A DNA stretch of 62,821 nucleotides, filler included, from Choristocarpus tenellus KU-1152 (Eukaryota > Protista > Phaeophyceae): assembly GCA_964200185.2 (NCBI GenBank). It is 12 parts of 12 records of this genome, joined end to end, with 100 filler letters (N's around TTAATTAATTAA, not from the genome) between each part and the next. Parts side by side here need not be neighbours in the genome. Positions count along the whole stretch, not along the records: positions 23,058 to 29,010 come from CAXNAD020009327.1; positions 29,111 to 34,854 come from CAXNAD020009860.1; positions 34,955 to 50,196 come from CAXNAD020001029.1; 9 more parts are not named here. The stretch is one strand, 5' to 3'. This document shows, in pieces, positions 22,958 to 37,692 of this stretch. The stretch's first letter is position 1. Each line of letters starts with the position of its first letter. A program made the translations under genes and the position numbers. The notes beneath the pieces are model-generated. The model had not been told where the DNA came from. It saw only the letters and a list, made by a program, of their open reading frames with translations, and made no database searches.

Positions 22958-24691
22958 NNNNNNNNNNNNNNNNNNNNNNNNNNNNNNNNNNNNNNNNNNN
23001 NTTAATTAATTAANNNNNNNNNNNNNNNNNNNNNNNNNNNNNNNNNNNNNNNNNNNNCGGGGGGGTTGGGGAGGTGTGGGGTGTTCTGCGGTGCCCCTCG
23101 CGGTTGGTGCACGTGGGGGGGGGGGGGGGGGGGGGGGGGGGGGAGGGAACGAGATGAGGCAGGCACACACAAAGAACACACTAATTTTGACTGAGTGTTC
23201 AGTCTTGTTACGAAGACTTTGTCTCTAAATGGCTGTCCCAGCCTTTGCCACCTCTCCACTTAGGGGGTCTGGACTTCTCTGAAGCATGTGGTTCTTGACA
23301 TGCATTGTTTCAGGATAGGGTGTGGATTAATTTGTGAAGTGAGAGTGAGTGGGAGGGTTTCATCCTTCAGATGGCAACCCTCTTTGCCAAGAGTCTTCCT
23401 CTTTGTCTATGTGCGGTGGTGATTTAATCACTCAAGGAGGTTCAGTTGGTGAAGTGTGGATGGTTTTACTCATCACTAATGCATGAACTGTTGCTACTAT
23501 TGTTCATGTTATGGTGACACGAACAAGACTTGAGTTACTTCTACTCAAGGCAGGAGGGTTGATCAGTGCCAACGTTTTGCACCTTACCTGCAGTGGCAAG
23601 TCATCAGAGTGTTATATATTGCAATGTTACTATTGTTGAGAAGTACTTTTATGAAGGACGACAACCATGCCAGGTGTGGATCGTGTTTTGTTTGTGGAGG
23701 GGCAATGGTATGTCTTATCTGTCTGAAATATGACCATTGATGTGGAAAGGAGAGCTTGGCTGTGGTTGTCTTATATATACCTCTTGCATTCAAAGACTGA
23801 AAAGGTAGGGTGACCACCCCCCTTTGAAAGTGCCTCTGCCCTTAGTGGTCACTGACAGGCAAGGGATATAATAAAGTTCTTATCTAATAGGGCCTATATT
23901 AGAGTCCCCCAAGCATGGAAGTTTGATGAGGTAACTCGCTGTAGTTAGGTGAGGATATGCCCCAGTTTTTACCTTAACGCTGACATAGTGTGTGTGATCT
24001 CAATATTGATGTCCAGATGAAATTGCATGACCAGTAGCTGCTGCTTGTCTTGCCTATTCTTACACATAGCACAGCACAAGGTGGCTGTAGTCTCCCTCAC
24101 TTTGCTAAAATGGGATGCAGACAACAGCTTTCACTCGGGTTCATGGCACACTAACCTGTGAACTAGTGTGTCAGTTACACGTTGTTCCTCCTGTTTCAGG
24201 AGCAACATGCAACTGTTAAAACTTAGAATTGTAGCACACCTATACACCATGAACTAAGTATATTGACGGACAAGGAAGATAGAACACCCATGAAAAAGAC
24301 ATGTTGTACATGCCAGAGTAGTTAGATTTTGTTTTTCCTAAATCTGTTCCTGACCAACAATGATCTGCACTTTATTACCTTGAAGGTCTAACTGTGGAGC
24401 CTTTAGCTATCCCTTTAAACTTGTCTAGATACACGGGGGGTTATAGCAGTGATTTTGCTATGGGTCTGATTTGTATCTGGCAACCAAGTCAGGCACCCTC
24501 ATTGGTGTATGAATATGGATAGTTGGAGGGAGATCCCGTTTATGCCAGGAAACCTCATACATGATCGAGTTCATCATCAAGAGTGACTTCCTCCTCACTC
24601 CCAATAAACTAACAGTAGAAGAGTGGATAGAGTGCTCCTGCTGACAAGCACTCCAGCATGATGTGAACCACTACAATAATAGACATCACCT

Positions 24692-26132
24692 CTAGTAAAC
24701 CACAGTCCTGAAATAAAACACAGCCAACATCACTCCAATTTCTACCAGGGCTGTTGGGATATTGAACCCAAGCACTATCTGCCTGTTTGAAAAGAGAACA
24801 AAACCAGGAAGAGGGTAATACAATATACACAGAATGAGAAATGGTGTTGGGAAACAAGTAAAAGCCAGTAGTACCATGGTCTCAACTCTGCTCCAATTGG
24901 TCTGCCTTGGTTATGGTCATTCTGTACAGGGTGTTTTCATGACGGGTATGTGATACGATGCTCACACTTGCTGAATGTGACAGATGATATTTCCTGTGTG
25001 TGGTTATTGCCTAAAATATGACCTGAAGAACTTAACCTGGAGCACACATAATGCTTGCTTAGCTCCTAGTGCACTGCAGTTTCATGTTTTCTTACTTATT
25101 ATAAAAATAATGGCATAACAAGTTATTCGATATACCATCAATATAATCTTATTTGTCAATCTCTTCACCCTTCAGGTTGACCCCAGATTTCTCTTCTATT
25201 CCAACTCTATGGTGATGACAAATGGTAAATCAGGTCTTCCTTGGTATGAGCGATGGAACATTGAAGAGGTTGAGATGGATGTAGACACTTAGGCTCAATA
25301 ACTCATCTCGACTCAAAGCACACTTGTCCCTAACTAGTCCATTCAATTGATTGGAGTAAATATGCATGGCGTCCCATCTCAAAAGTGGTAGTACCCACAT
25401 CTCAGAATCTATTTACTTTGCTTTAACTTGAACATGATTGATGATCAAATATTACTTACTCACCAATATAAGCGATAGTCCCACTCTTCTGCAATGAACT
25501 GCGCCACCAAGACACCCCCGAAGAAGTGCACTATGGTCTGTAGGACGTTCACCTGAACAGGCATAGAGGTAGGGGGTCAACTGAACATACATTTCCAATG
25601 CAACAGGAAATATGCGTCTGAAAGGTCACTCGAGCATTAGGAGCAACTCGACCACGAAATTGTTGTTCCGGGTAGGTAATACGTGGACTGTAGTTCTCCA
25701 TCTCTCAAGATTACAACACGAGCAATGGACGACAAGACTGATGCACACGTGTAAATCACCTTCATCATAAAGATAGAGAGACCGAAGAAAATCCCAATAA
25801 AGTCGAAGAGGAAGCACACCACTGCCACAGCAAGGGCCGCCTGAAGGTGGATGGTATTGCGTAGAAGGTGATCCCAAACAAGCATTAGGTCCACGGTAGT
25901 TTGAGCGCAATTTCTGACAACCGATTTTTTATTATCGGCGAACATGTCTGACAACAAGCTTATTCCTCACATTAACTTTTCCTTCGGCTGAGGTCACTTG
26001 AAAAGTGGTGGGGTCAACCCCTAATCCGGCGTAGACATTATCGATCTTGGTCTTGAATATCATGAGTGTGCCAATGAGGTGCCCAAGTGTCACAAGAAAC
26101 CTCGCTGGGATCACCCTGTCTTCCACCCTCAT
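24692..26132 (-). CDS. TMEM107: Transmembrane protein 107 (ciliary transition-zone protein), complete, 4 exons, 140 aa
   Basis: Exons 26132-25971 (MRVEDRVIPARFLVTLGHL...AEGKVN), 25840-25760 (AALAVAVVCFLFDFIGIFFGLSIFMMK), 25552-25464 (VNVLQTIVHFFGGVLVAQFIAEEWDYRLYW), 24782-24692 (QIVLGFNIPTALVEIGVMLAVFYFRTVVY*). All introns are GT-AG with consistent phases. Matches the TMEM107 pattern PxRFLxxxxH...AAL...GxSxF...H...W...YW...P..E. Confidence 0.95.
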
Positions 26133-26899
26133 TGTTTTGAGGCGTCAAGGTAAATGCAGTTCCCTATTGCAAACCTTCTGAATGTCCAGTGCACTCACTT
26201 GAGGTGAGGAAGCAACCTGAGTTCTCGTCCTGTTGTTGGTCGTACATCGTACAAAAATGATTTATTTATATCTTTTTGGGGGGAGAATCCATTTTGTTGT
26301 GGGTTAGTGAATTTTGTCCTGTGAAACGGGTAGAAAAAAAATTCAAACACACAAAATTGAATACAATTGACATATTGGGTTAGGTTTAGGTGTTGACTTC
26401 AACTTGACCTTCAAAACCAAAGCAGTTGTACTGTCCAGGACAGGGGAGAGAGCTGCGAATCATCTCATAACGAGGAGGGAACATGGGTGGGTCTTCTTGT
26501 TATATTTAGTCCCCTAGTTACTCGTCATCGGCTAGATGCTCCTTCCTCGAACTGGAACAGGAAAATACTAATACCTGCATGATGTAGTGGCTTACGCGAG
26601 TAAGGATGGCAAGCAATGGCAGCATCTGACCAAAGCACTCATCTCCTTGTTTCACTCAGTTCGTATCATCAATGGGGAGATATTAGCAGATGACGATCCT
26701 CGTGTGAAGACACTCCGGCAACGAGTGGGTGAGGGAAGCAAACCTGACAGCAGCACAGGAAGAAACGGTGGAGGAATTGCATCCATTCACGGTGCACCTG
26801 ATAGCAGCAGAGATCAGCAAAGGCCACCAGCTGAACATAGGTTAGGGATGAAATAAGTTTGCTGTGCGAAGTGATACATGTGCATCGATTTGAGGGGAG

Positions 26900-28600
26900 C
26901 TGTAGGTTTGTGCTCCAATACCTCCATTCCAAATGACCAAACCGAATGTAGTGGTACGGAGACGCTGAATAATTTACTGAGATGTAAATTACTTAAACTG
27001 TTATTCGGGGCGTTTCCTTTTCGCTTTAGAACTAAAACGAGACTCCCCATTGATTCTCCTGCTGGACTCCAGGGGCGTGTTGGACATGTTGGCACAAATG
27101 GTCGGAGTTGAAGGACGAACGCTGAGGATCCCAGAGATCATGGGCATGCCAGAGAAAGAGGTGCCATATATTTACCTCATCCTTGCTGCTGTTGTGGTGA
27201 GTCTTTTTGGTGCGATGGAGACTCCAATCACAGTAGCAAGCACAGCTCTGTTACGACCTAAGACACCCCATATCTCGTAGGTCAGTAAGTTGTTTTTACG
27301 ATGTGGCTGTTCCTAGTATCGCCTCGTGACTGAGGTGGCCTTGTCCTCGAGAGTTTCTGGGCTGTTGTGTAGCCTGGTATCTCGAAGAGAAATATAATTG
27401 GCTCAAGTACTTTTGTAGCCCCCTTCACAGGTAATGCTGGATTCTATCACATACTGTGGTTGAGATTAAAGCTCCTTGTGCAGTGTTTTCGGAGAGAGGA
27501 CTGGCTGACAGACCTGCGTACCATTTGGAAAACAAGCACATTCTGGCAGTTAATAAGAGTTACCTTTGATTGGTCAAGAGTTCTTGAATAGATTATCACT
27601 CTGTTACTTCAAAGGCAAGTATGGAAACCATCATCACCATTTGGGACAAGGATGAGCAATTGTGCAATTGCTAAGAAATGCTCTAACAAGTGTGTTAATG
27701 TTCGCTAGTGATTTGAAAATGAATCAAAGTGGAGGGCGGTCACCATGGGGATCCTCGTGAAGAGTAGACCCCACTTAGCCGCTGAACAGTTGCAATACAT
27801 CAACCACAGCCATATCATTGGTGCCAAACATATCATTGGTGCCGAACAGGGTAGCCTCTCACGACCCTCCCACAAATACATCCATACACGACCTGCCATA
27901 CACAAGAATGCAAGACTGTTCGAACAGATGGGTGCCGATGAGGTGGTAGTTGAATTCCTTGCGAAATGCAGGCTGTGTATAACCTTTGAACGTTTGTAAT
28001 TCTCAAACTATGAGTCGGGTTTAGGGAGTCTTGTAGTTGCTCCTGCTGGTAGAAGTGTATTGATGGGATCAATGGGTTAGTTTTGGATGGAAATGTATTG
28101 CCTATTGCCTAGAAAGTGTGAGTAACTCACAAGAAACCATTGTCAAGTCCCTGTCCCATCTTTCCCAGCACTCTGGAAGTGGATCCTTGACGAGTGCTCC
28201 TCTGTCGGGTGGGCTACATGTCCTAACATGTGGTAATACCTCACCAAACTTTCCACACGTCTATATGAGATCCATATCTTCTATGGTTATTTTGTTGACT
28301 ACTTGAGGTAACCTCGTTCAGGGAGTGTAGAGATGTGCTCTCTAATGTACTTGTTTTCCAGTTTTGTAATGAGCATACAGATCTGTGCGCCTGGTAAAGC
28401 CATAATATTTATGGCTGCCACTGTTGGGTGTGGAGTGGTCAGATCTGCACACATACTAATAAATCGGTGTACCCATGTTGTTGATTATTATCTTTGTACC
28501 CAAGTTCTCCAACCTTTCCGCTCTCGTTATTGTGCTTGATTGCTCAGGTCCTATTTGGTGGGGCAAAGGCTTTGATTGTCATTGTGGCAGGTTACATATT
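26900..28600 (-). mobile_element. Possible highly degenerate non-LTR (LINE) ORF2 remnant
   Basis: Short minus-strand fragments in the expected order: TIKAFA (cf. AFADD), LGTKII (cf. YLG), AAINIMALPGAQ. Many stops; weak. Confidence 0.3.
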
Positions 28601-29129
28601 GACTAATCAAGAAGGGCGTCGACAGCGATAGACTTGACTCAACAAGGCCTCAAGCAATATGTATAGCTGCAGTGCAGCAGGGCAAGGGTTTGTGTGTGTG
28701 TGGGGAGGGGTAACAAGCTAAGATACTGTCTTCTTGTGCACGGTTTTCGTGTGGGACTGGGCTGATGCTGTGGTGAGGGGCTGAGGGATTGATTAAAGGG
28801 CATGCCCAACCTATGGTACCAATCAGCCCAGGGCAACATCTGTGAGTTCCAGTGCGGCAGCAGAGGTGCTCTTTTGTTAGGTGTGAGGAATGCATAGTCC
28901 CAAATGCAGCACTGCAGTGACTGATTTAGGTGGAGAGTGAAAAAAAAAAAGTGGCTGCCATCACCAACGAAAGCACTTTCTGCGAATATCTATTTTCTAT
29001 GGTGTGGGGGNNNNNNNNNNNNNNNNNNNNNNNNNNNNNNNNNNNNNNNNNNNNTTAATTAATTAANNNNNNNNNNNNNNNNNNNNNNNNNNNNNNNNNN
29101 NNNNNNNNNNATTGTCAGAGAAAATTGGT

Positions 29130-31100
29130 TTGACTTGTAGATTCCTTGGGGTCTCCCTTGAGACTCTGCCAACCAAAGTACTTCAAAGCATACGGAATTA
29201 TCAATAGACATACATTTTACACTTGATCTTGGTAAGTAGAAGGGGAATCATCTTGCTTAACCCAAATACACGTGGTTTTCGTCTCTGTTGTCAAATGGTG
29301 AGGATATTTGTTACAAAATGAAACTTAAAAATGATACGAGTGTGTTACGATGTTTCTATTGATAATGCACCTGTTTCGAAGTACAGTTCAAAAATAGGGC
29401 ACCATCGCAGTATATCATATCTGAAGGTCTGAGTTCGGCCCATCTTCGAGAGTTTTTACCAAACGGTCTGTCACAATTTGAACACCTTGGTTAATACTAG
29501 TAGGTAGCAATTGGGCCTCACTATACTACTCAAATCCAACATTTCTTTTCCTTACAGTGCGAAGGGTGTTTGTTAAGTAGTGTTGACTGGGGACTCTTAT
29601 ACCATTAAACTGTTAATCAGGTACTCAGCTAAAGAAGGGCAACAACGGTATTGGATATCCAGTGCGTGCAAACCTTGCTGATGCACTAATCTGTTTCAGA
29701 GTATATCTTTCTTGGTCTGGTTTTTATTGCAGTCCTTGCCCCTCTCTCCTACACGAGGCCATTAAAATAGAAAAAACGGCAATGTGTAAGATTGTTTCAA
29801 GTAGATAAAATAGATGATGAAGATTTAGGGTTTGAGGGGATGGTGCAAGGCAAATGCATCCTGCAGGATTGAGGTGACTATTAGGCCTCTCCTCCAGATT
29901 AAGACCTGCAGTGTATACATAGACATTCCCTTATCCTCTTTGATGTATTATCTTCTCAGAGTAATAAATCATTTTGTACCCACCCTACCCTGACCCACAA
30001 CGTCGCAAGAGGAACACCCAATTAATTGTGGCTCGGTTTTTCCTTCAACGTATCAATCTAAGATGCCTGAGATATCAGGTCTCTACGACCTCCAGAAGTT
30101 TGAATCAAAACCACCTTTGCTGTCATGTAACTACATTTAGCATACCCTATTATTGACTAGTAAAGGAGAGTAATTATATACTACAATCTCCTTCAGATAA
30201 CTCAATTAGTGAGAGTTCTATCCCCTGTACACACAACAAGAACTCTGCAGTTATTGATGGTGAGGATCAAGTGTTCTTGGTCTGGGAGGTAGTAACGATG
30301 TACACATCAGTTGGTAATTTTCGATAGTTGGATATTTGAAGCAGTACCAGGGCATAACTGGAGTCAGGTAGCGTTCATCTAATCAAGAGAAGTGTGGCGC
30401 AAAATAATAGTACCTACTCCGTCTATTTGAATTTCTTCTCCATCAAACTATATTTTACTTTCCCCTGTGGACTGTGATAAAATATATTGTTGATGTAGAA
30501 TTTTGGACAGTGATGGCATATTACTCTCACACTATGAAATGGTCGTAGACATTCACACTTTGCGACTTACATGAGACACCCCCCCGCCATACAGAGTACT
30601 TCAGCCCATCTACTACATCTCATTAGGTGTGCATTATCCGCCAGAGCTACAAAATTGCCTCTATTGATTTTCCTTTTTTTCCATCTACCATGTCAGGAAT
30701 CTTCCATTTCGTAGCCCTACATAGTAAATACTTATCATGATAAGCTGTCTTCATATACTTACTTTGTGTGGATGATGTTTTTGCTACCCGCAAACAGATT
30801 CTCCAATGATTTACATGCCACTTGAACCGGTCTTGGGGAATGAACACAGTAGAGTCTAATACTGCTCTTGGCGGTGGAATCAATGTAGATAGAAATTTAT
30901 TGTGAGATAGTATATTATCCGAAGGCAAGAGAAGGACGCAACTGTACGAAACAAAGATGAACATGTGGAAAAGATTAGTAAATGGAATATGGATGGACAG
31001 ATAGACGTCCAATTCAGTAGGTTCTGCTACTGAGCGAGCTTGGAATCATTTAACATTTCCTCTTTGATTGATCGATCTATGTAGGCCGGCAAATGAAAGA
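29130..31100 (-). mobile_element. Degenerate Ty3/Gypsy-type pol remnant (RT followed by integrase)
   Basis: ORF 30647-31012 has DVYLSIHIPFTNLF...KFLSTL...STVFIPQDRFKWHV (cf. DxYPxP / FSxLD / KTAFxTxxGxFEW). Downstream VQIVTDRLVKT at ~29451-29483 resembles the integrase VVVDRLTK motif. Confidence 0.5.
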
Positions 31101-34100
31101 TACATTTGGATTAAGTAATTACTACTAACACACCACACACTTTGAACTAAATATCAAGATAATATGTATCTATCATGAGCTTCTGGTGTGTTCACTTGGA
31201 ATGCATGGTGATGCTATGTATGCATATATAGTCATTGTTGTGGTGCACAATACTTTCACTTTCTCTCTTTGCTTAATCCTAGCCCCCCTCGTACCATTCA
31301 AGATCAAGGAGCACTACACCTGGCAAGTGGTCTCCGTTCCTGTTGTTTACACATGCAGACTGAACATGTGGCATCAGGTCTCTACAATAGCATATGTGGG
31401 CATACACAACATACCACACACATGTCACATCTTAACTTCACCCCTTTCAAATTCAACAAGTACATCCAGAGTGAATGACAAAATATGAAGAGGCAAGAGT
31501 CTGGAAAGACCAAGAAGCACTGGTGGATATGGTCGGGGATTTTGCACATCAAAGCCAAAGCTTTGTAGTCATGTCCCTCCTCTCATGCCCCAATGGTCAG
31601 TTGAACTAATCCTCGAATATCAGTCAAAGAGCCCAACAGTAGAAATGGCAGCAAAAGCAGTGCAAAAGCCCCACTCAGCTAACAACATCTGTTTCAAAAA
31701 CCCTCACCCAACAGAAATCTCAACCCCACAGGGAAATTGCTGAGGGAGTGGAGGTAATGAGACAACCTGTACTTCCTAAAAGTATGACAGCAATAGTGTG
31801 TGAACCTAAATCCTGAAGAGAGTCCTCCTGCACAGTATGACTGAGCCTACCATATCACCCCCCCTTTCCTTGCTTGTTCACGAAGAAACAAAGCAGTATA
31901 CCCAGAATACTAAAGTACTTCGAAATATTCACTTTTTGGAGGAAACGCAGTCAGCAGTTCTTCCACTACAAACACTTTGCTATATATAGTATATATAAAT
32001 CAAAGGCATTGTCATATATATACTATAGAAATGCATTGTTACACGCACACTTGAGACTCCCTCTGATGCTTTGCAGTATGAAGGTATGCAATACACGGCG
32101 ACATGTTCTACGTGAGAAATCACACAGCAAATTTCAGGTGTTGCTTCACACTCACAATTGAGGGCAAACAATCTCGACACATTCACATCTATAGTACAGC
32201 ACAGAACAACATTGAGCAGAGTGATCAAATAGGTTAGGATATTAACTAAAACATTTCATAGGATGGGTAGACAGACAACAACACAACCACAAGGGCGGGA
32301 ACAGAGCACACAAAATATCGCAAGGTTTGGCAGAAGAAAACAAAGGCAGGGCAGGGGGCAGGGCTAACAATGCAGCCAGCCACGGAACAAAAATATACTC
32401 CTATACAGTTTACTTTGTACATTAGACCAAGGGAGGGGCGAAGGATGCCATGCAACCAAGGCCATGCTCACACAAGGTGAACCACTACAGACTAGCTCAG
32501 CAAACATTTATACATGGTACACCTGCACCATGCTGGTGTTGTTCCCAGATACCAAACCAATCTTCACCTGAAATAACACCGGTATGGTAAGGGCGAGAAA
32601 GGGCAGAGGGTGGGGGGATGCAAGAGCTATGTTTACTTGTGTGAGAAATTTCATGGCGGTGACTATGGGATGCCTGTGTTACAATGCCTCTACGACATAA
32701 CTCGACTCTTTCACAACGTTTATGCATTGCAAGGAGGGTTGGGAGGCATACTATACTCTCTGCACATTGCTCCATTTTTTGGTCACCATATCAACTCGTC
32801 ACGTACACACAGCGACCTCAACCACTGATAGCCACCTTGCCTTTCACAAGACTAAGACTAAGACTAAGACAAAGACAATGTTTTCTTAAAAGCTTTGACA
32901 GAGGAAGAAGCACAGGGATGACCACTCAGGAAGACCAACACCGACAGTGCAAACTGGTCAAATAGAGACACCAACCTAGAGGCAAAGAAAAGGAAAGAGC
33001 GACTGCTCAGTTGAAGTGGAAAAATGAACCACATCAGGCTTCCCTACTGGGAGGCCGGCAAAGTATTATCAACCATTTGCACATCTGAGTCTCTCTTGTT
33101 CGCCAGAAAATTCTAAGCATTTTACTTGGAGTAAGCACTCCAACTCATCTTCATCACCGACAGCAACTATTCAGCACATCAAGCAGAAGCCTCTCAACCA
33201 GCGCAAATTTAGGCGGAAGTGGCCTCTGCTGGTCACAATGCTACACAGGTACCAAAATCAAAGCACAGTGGGTCCAAGTAGAGCGCAGTGGAAGAGATGA
33301 ATAAAACGATAAACCCTTAATTAATAGAAACCAAAAAGGCCTCTTTGACATCAAGAACGCACCTTCTCCTGGAAACCATCCAAGACTGTCCCAACGCTCA
33401 CAATGCCTCGTTCCAAACTCTCCGCTATAGCTCAGAAATCGCAAGCAAATAGGGAGCAACGAGTATGATCCAATCGGATTCCAGAATGTCGTAAGAGAGA
33501 GAGAGGGGGGGGGAGGGAGAGAGAGAGTTGCGTACAATATTGCTGGAATGCTATTCTCAACAAGCGTCAGAGGACGGGCAGCGGCAGATGGGCTTTTTTT
33601 TGTCCCGAAGGGCAACACACACAAAAAAAACATAATTCCTCCATTTTCTAAAGATATTACTGGAAAAATAAGGAACAACCAACGAAAGCTCTCTGACCTT
33701 TCTCAGAAAAAAAAAATGCAGGTTTCTCATTGGGTTGACGTGCTGGCTGTGTGGTGTCTGCTACAAACGCCTGCAGTACAATACCAAAGTAACACGAACA
33801 ACAACAACACAACTGAAAAACTTAATTTTTTTTTTGCACCTACAAAACTCCGCAACGTCAACTGAAGCAAGAGGAAAGTGAGCCTCTACTTCAATACACC
33901 TCCTAAAGTTCAAAACAAATATTATTATTATTATTATTACTATCAACCGCCTATAGGGGCAGCGTGAATCCATAGCGGGTCAGAACACATCACACCAATC
34001 TTTTCCAAATATAGCTGCAAAGCACAAGCACACCGATCGTGTTCAAAGACCTGCCTTGCAATGCTTAAGAGAGCCCACGAATTTACAGCAAGGCATCTAC

Positions 34101-34772
34101 CACCACACTGCTAACATCCCCCACAAAGAACTCTTCCTTCTCACATAAAAACTGCTGTTATGCAGCCAAGGCTCGGAGTCTCGAACTAGCATACAAACGC
34201 CTGCAGTACAATACAAAAGTAACGCAAACAACAACTAGCACTCTGCCCAGGACAGACGTGCACTCCAATAAAAAGGGGATCAACCCACCTGGATCGATGT
34301 CCATGGGACTGGAGGGTGGTCTGGAGGTGTCACTGAAACGCAAACCCCCTGCACCAAAGCTTTCCCCACTCCGGTACTTATGGACAATGGCATGAGGAGT
34401 AGCAGCAACGTCCCATATTGTGACTCTGGGAGGGATCCACACACACCAAAACGATAGAGAGAGGTTACTGTGTAAGAAGGCGTGAACAGAGCCTGAACTA
34501 CAGTTACACTCTATGGAAGCAAGAAGGCAAGCAATTGACCTGGTGGGGAATGAGAACTAGTGACGCCCATTCGTCTGAGGGTGTAGAGCTACTTGTGGCA
34601 ACCGGGTATAACAGGAACCGAGAGAGTGTGAAGGCCTTACTTTTGACCAGAAAAATTTCCAGTCGAACCTATCCTCCCGTCAGAGGACAGATGACCTATA
34701 GCCTGCATCACAAGCACACATGAAATGAAGTGGCACAATTGCCATCAGAATAGATGTAACCAAGGCTCTCCT

Positions 34773-34803
<31 letters not shown>

Positions 34804-34954
34804 ACCCCCACCACCCCCCCCAACCCCCACCCCCCACACCTAGCCAAACACAAANNNNNNNNNNNNNNNNNNNNNNNNNNNNNNNNNNNNNNNNNNNNTT
34901 AATTAATTAANNNNNNNNNNNNNNNNNNNNNNNNNNNNNNNNNNNNNNNNNNNN

Positions 34955-36417
34955 GTTTGTTCAACACTGGCTTGTTCTCCCTGCCCGTACATGTGGGGGG
35001 GGGTGGTAGTCGCTTGCGCTATGCTGGAGGGGAACCACGACCCTGAGATGGTGCAACGCCTTGCAGATTTCCTGTTCAAATGTTGTGCTAGGTTTGAGGC
35101 AGAACAAAAGTGTGCGGAAGAACAGGACAGGGAACTAAGCGGCGCTCTAAACGTGCCCATGGGTGTCCAGGTCTCCCATCCACGATTGCGTGATGACAGT
35201 GACGTTGGAGATAGCGACTTGGGATCGGTTATGAGCGGGTGGGATGCAGATTCGGGTGAGGAAGAAATGGTCGAAATACTGACAGGATCTCAGATGTCTC
35301 CAACACATAGTGTGGAGTCAGCCCTGGATGATGACAGCGATGACGGATCTACTGCAAGCGAAGAGGGTGGTGTTGAAGAGGTCGATTCATACTGTCGACC
35401 TCCTCCTGGTAAGAGGCAAAATTCTTCTGGGAGTGTTGGGAGGGTTAGGGGTTCCGGATCTGTACAGAGCTCAGGTTCTGCAAAACACGTCCCCACTGGA
35501 TGCGGGAAAGGAACGCATGTAATTCCCCCAGTAACCTTGCTGGAGAATATCTCCTCTCCTGTTCGTGATATGTCTGCATTCCATCTCGCTCATGGGACTG
35601 AACTGTCTCCAAGGTAGCAGTGGGGAGGTAGCAGCCATCAATACACCATTGGACATGAAGGGGGAGTGATGCAGACTTGGCGGACAGCAATTATGACCTG
35701 CCCATGTCCAAGGATGTTAAGTTGAACATCGGAATGACAGATCGATTGCTTGAGGCTTGCGCAGAGGAACTCCTCCGCTCGGCAAACCTATCCTCATCAA
35801 CATACTATCGTGTGCAAACCTGTGTCCTTCAACAGGTTATCCATGACTACAGATTTAGATTGATGCAGGCTGGCAAAGCTTGCTAATCTCCTTGTCCTGG
35901 ACGATTACTGCTACATGCACAAAGGAATCCTCGATGGCTTGTGTCATGGTGTGGGTAATAACAAGAGGATGCTGTGTGCGCAGGATATGCAAGCACTTGC
36001 TGCGAAAAAAGCTGTGTTCCTAAGTTGTGTCGAGGCAGAACTGTGGAATGACAAGTACTCCTCCCCCCTAAATCTTTGGCATGTGTTGACAGAGATTTAC
36101 CCTAAGCTTATAGATTGGTGGAAGGACGGGAGGTGCGACTTCACACATGCCTACCAGCTCAAGTAGATGTTTTTTGGTTTCAGGTCGAAGTGAAGTAAGG
36201 GTGTATTTGTCACAGACTTCCGCATTTCTGTTCCTTCCACACTGCGTCCGACAACCAGGTTTGCACGGTATGGACCAAAATTTGTAGACTCTGTAGTTGG
36301 AACTGTACGGCGACCAAGTTTGGACGGTCTGGTCCAATTTTTTTAGATTCTGGAGTTAGAACAGTCAGGGTAACCCCTAATTCAAGAAAAAATCATAGAA
36401 ATGTTTTTCCTGCCGTG
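34955..36417 (+). pseudogene. Broken ORF series of unknown function, probably transposon-borne
   Basis: Consecutive ORFs 34991-35617, 35677-35886 and 35915-36166 on the same strand, separated by stops/frameshifts, including an acidic low-complexity tract. No recognisable domain. Confidence 0.4.
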
Positions 36418-37692
36418 AACTATGTGGCCTGGTCAAGTCGAATGTGTACCTTCTCTTACTAAAGAACCAGCTTTGGTTCAATATTTTGGTTCTCATTTTA
36501 TTCAGGTATTGGTTTTAATGATCGAAGATTGTTCCGCTTGTTTGATGCTAATATTTAACATTCACACTTTGAGCAAGCTTATAGCGCTGTCATGTCGTAG
36601 CTCTGGAGCACCTATCCTTTGCGCCAAACTGTTACATCCTTTCATGCCTGCAAGGTTTATGTACATCCAAAATTAGGCGTGTGTCTGTCAACAAGTTGTT
36701 TCCCTAATGGTTTCACAATTTTTCCATAATGGGTTTCACTGTAGTGTCATCGGTCAAGGAATCGGTCACATTATGCCAAAACCTAAAGTGATTTATTATT
36801 TAATGGCACTGAACGATGTCTGAATTCACAAGATTGATGCAAAGCCTCACTGCCATTCTCTAAAGGTGGTAAGAAAGAGTCACGGGCTTCTTGTGTTTTA
36901 CATAGTAACAGTTTTTATGGATGATATGATGTGTATTGTGCAAGGTAGGGTTACACACACATATATATTTTATCTTTGTGATTATCAAAAGTAGGAGGTG
37001 TGGTTGGTAGGAAAAAGAATAAAAGCTGTGTTCAGGGCATTTTTTTTGTGTTCAAGATACAGAAGGGGAAGGTTGGATAGGTAGAAGTACATTAGTCTAT
37101 TGGAGGCAGAGAAGTAACGACAATGAATAGTGCATCAATTAGTCTCTCTTTTTATGATCTTTGGTCGCACAGGTCTGTTGGCAACTGGTGACCCTTCTTA
37201 CGGATTCCAACCCCTCTATGGAGCTGACTATCGGACCTCTGGGCAATCACGTCCTTGCTCTAGCAACCGTACCTCAGCCTCAAGCTCATCTGTCCAAACA
37301 TTTACGGCCACACCTGACCTTTGTTAGGTGTTGGTAAGTAGGGGTTTTAGAAAAGAAAACTATGTAACTGTAAGTAGGGGAAATTCTTCATAGGGTTTTT
37401 AAACTGGAAAAATGTCCACCCACTCACTGTTGGTAGGTGAAATTTTGATGGGGATTATGACTGAGAAAGTGTCCACCTTTCTCCACTCTTTTGGAAAATC
37501 GGTCAAAATGGGGAGGTTGAAAGGTGGGTTTTCAAGAAAAAACGTTTTGTAGGTAGGTTTAATCCTACGAAAGGTCTTACAACAAAGGTATACCTTACTG
37601 ATGCAGTATTGTTTGTAGTATGAGAGAAAAAGTTTACAAGTCAAATCGAAGACATATCATACCCCCATCGCATAACAGGGAAGACGGGTGCA

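Noticed and set aside
23170-24600. Possible LINE RT remnant (also ~57500-58100 and ~5180-5600)
   Set aside because: Only scattered 3-5 residue resemblances; plausible but not supportable by eye.
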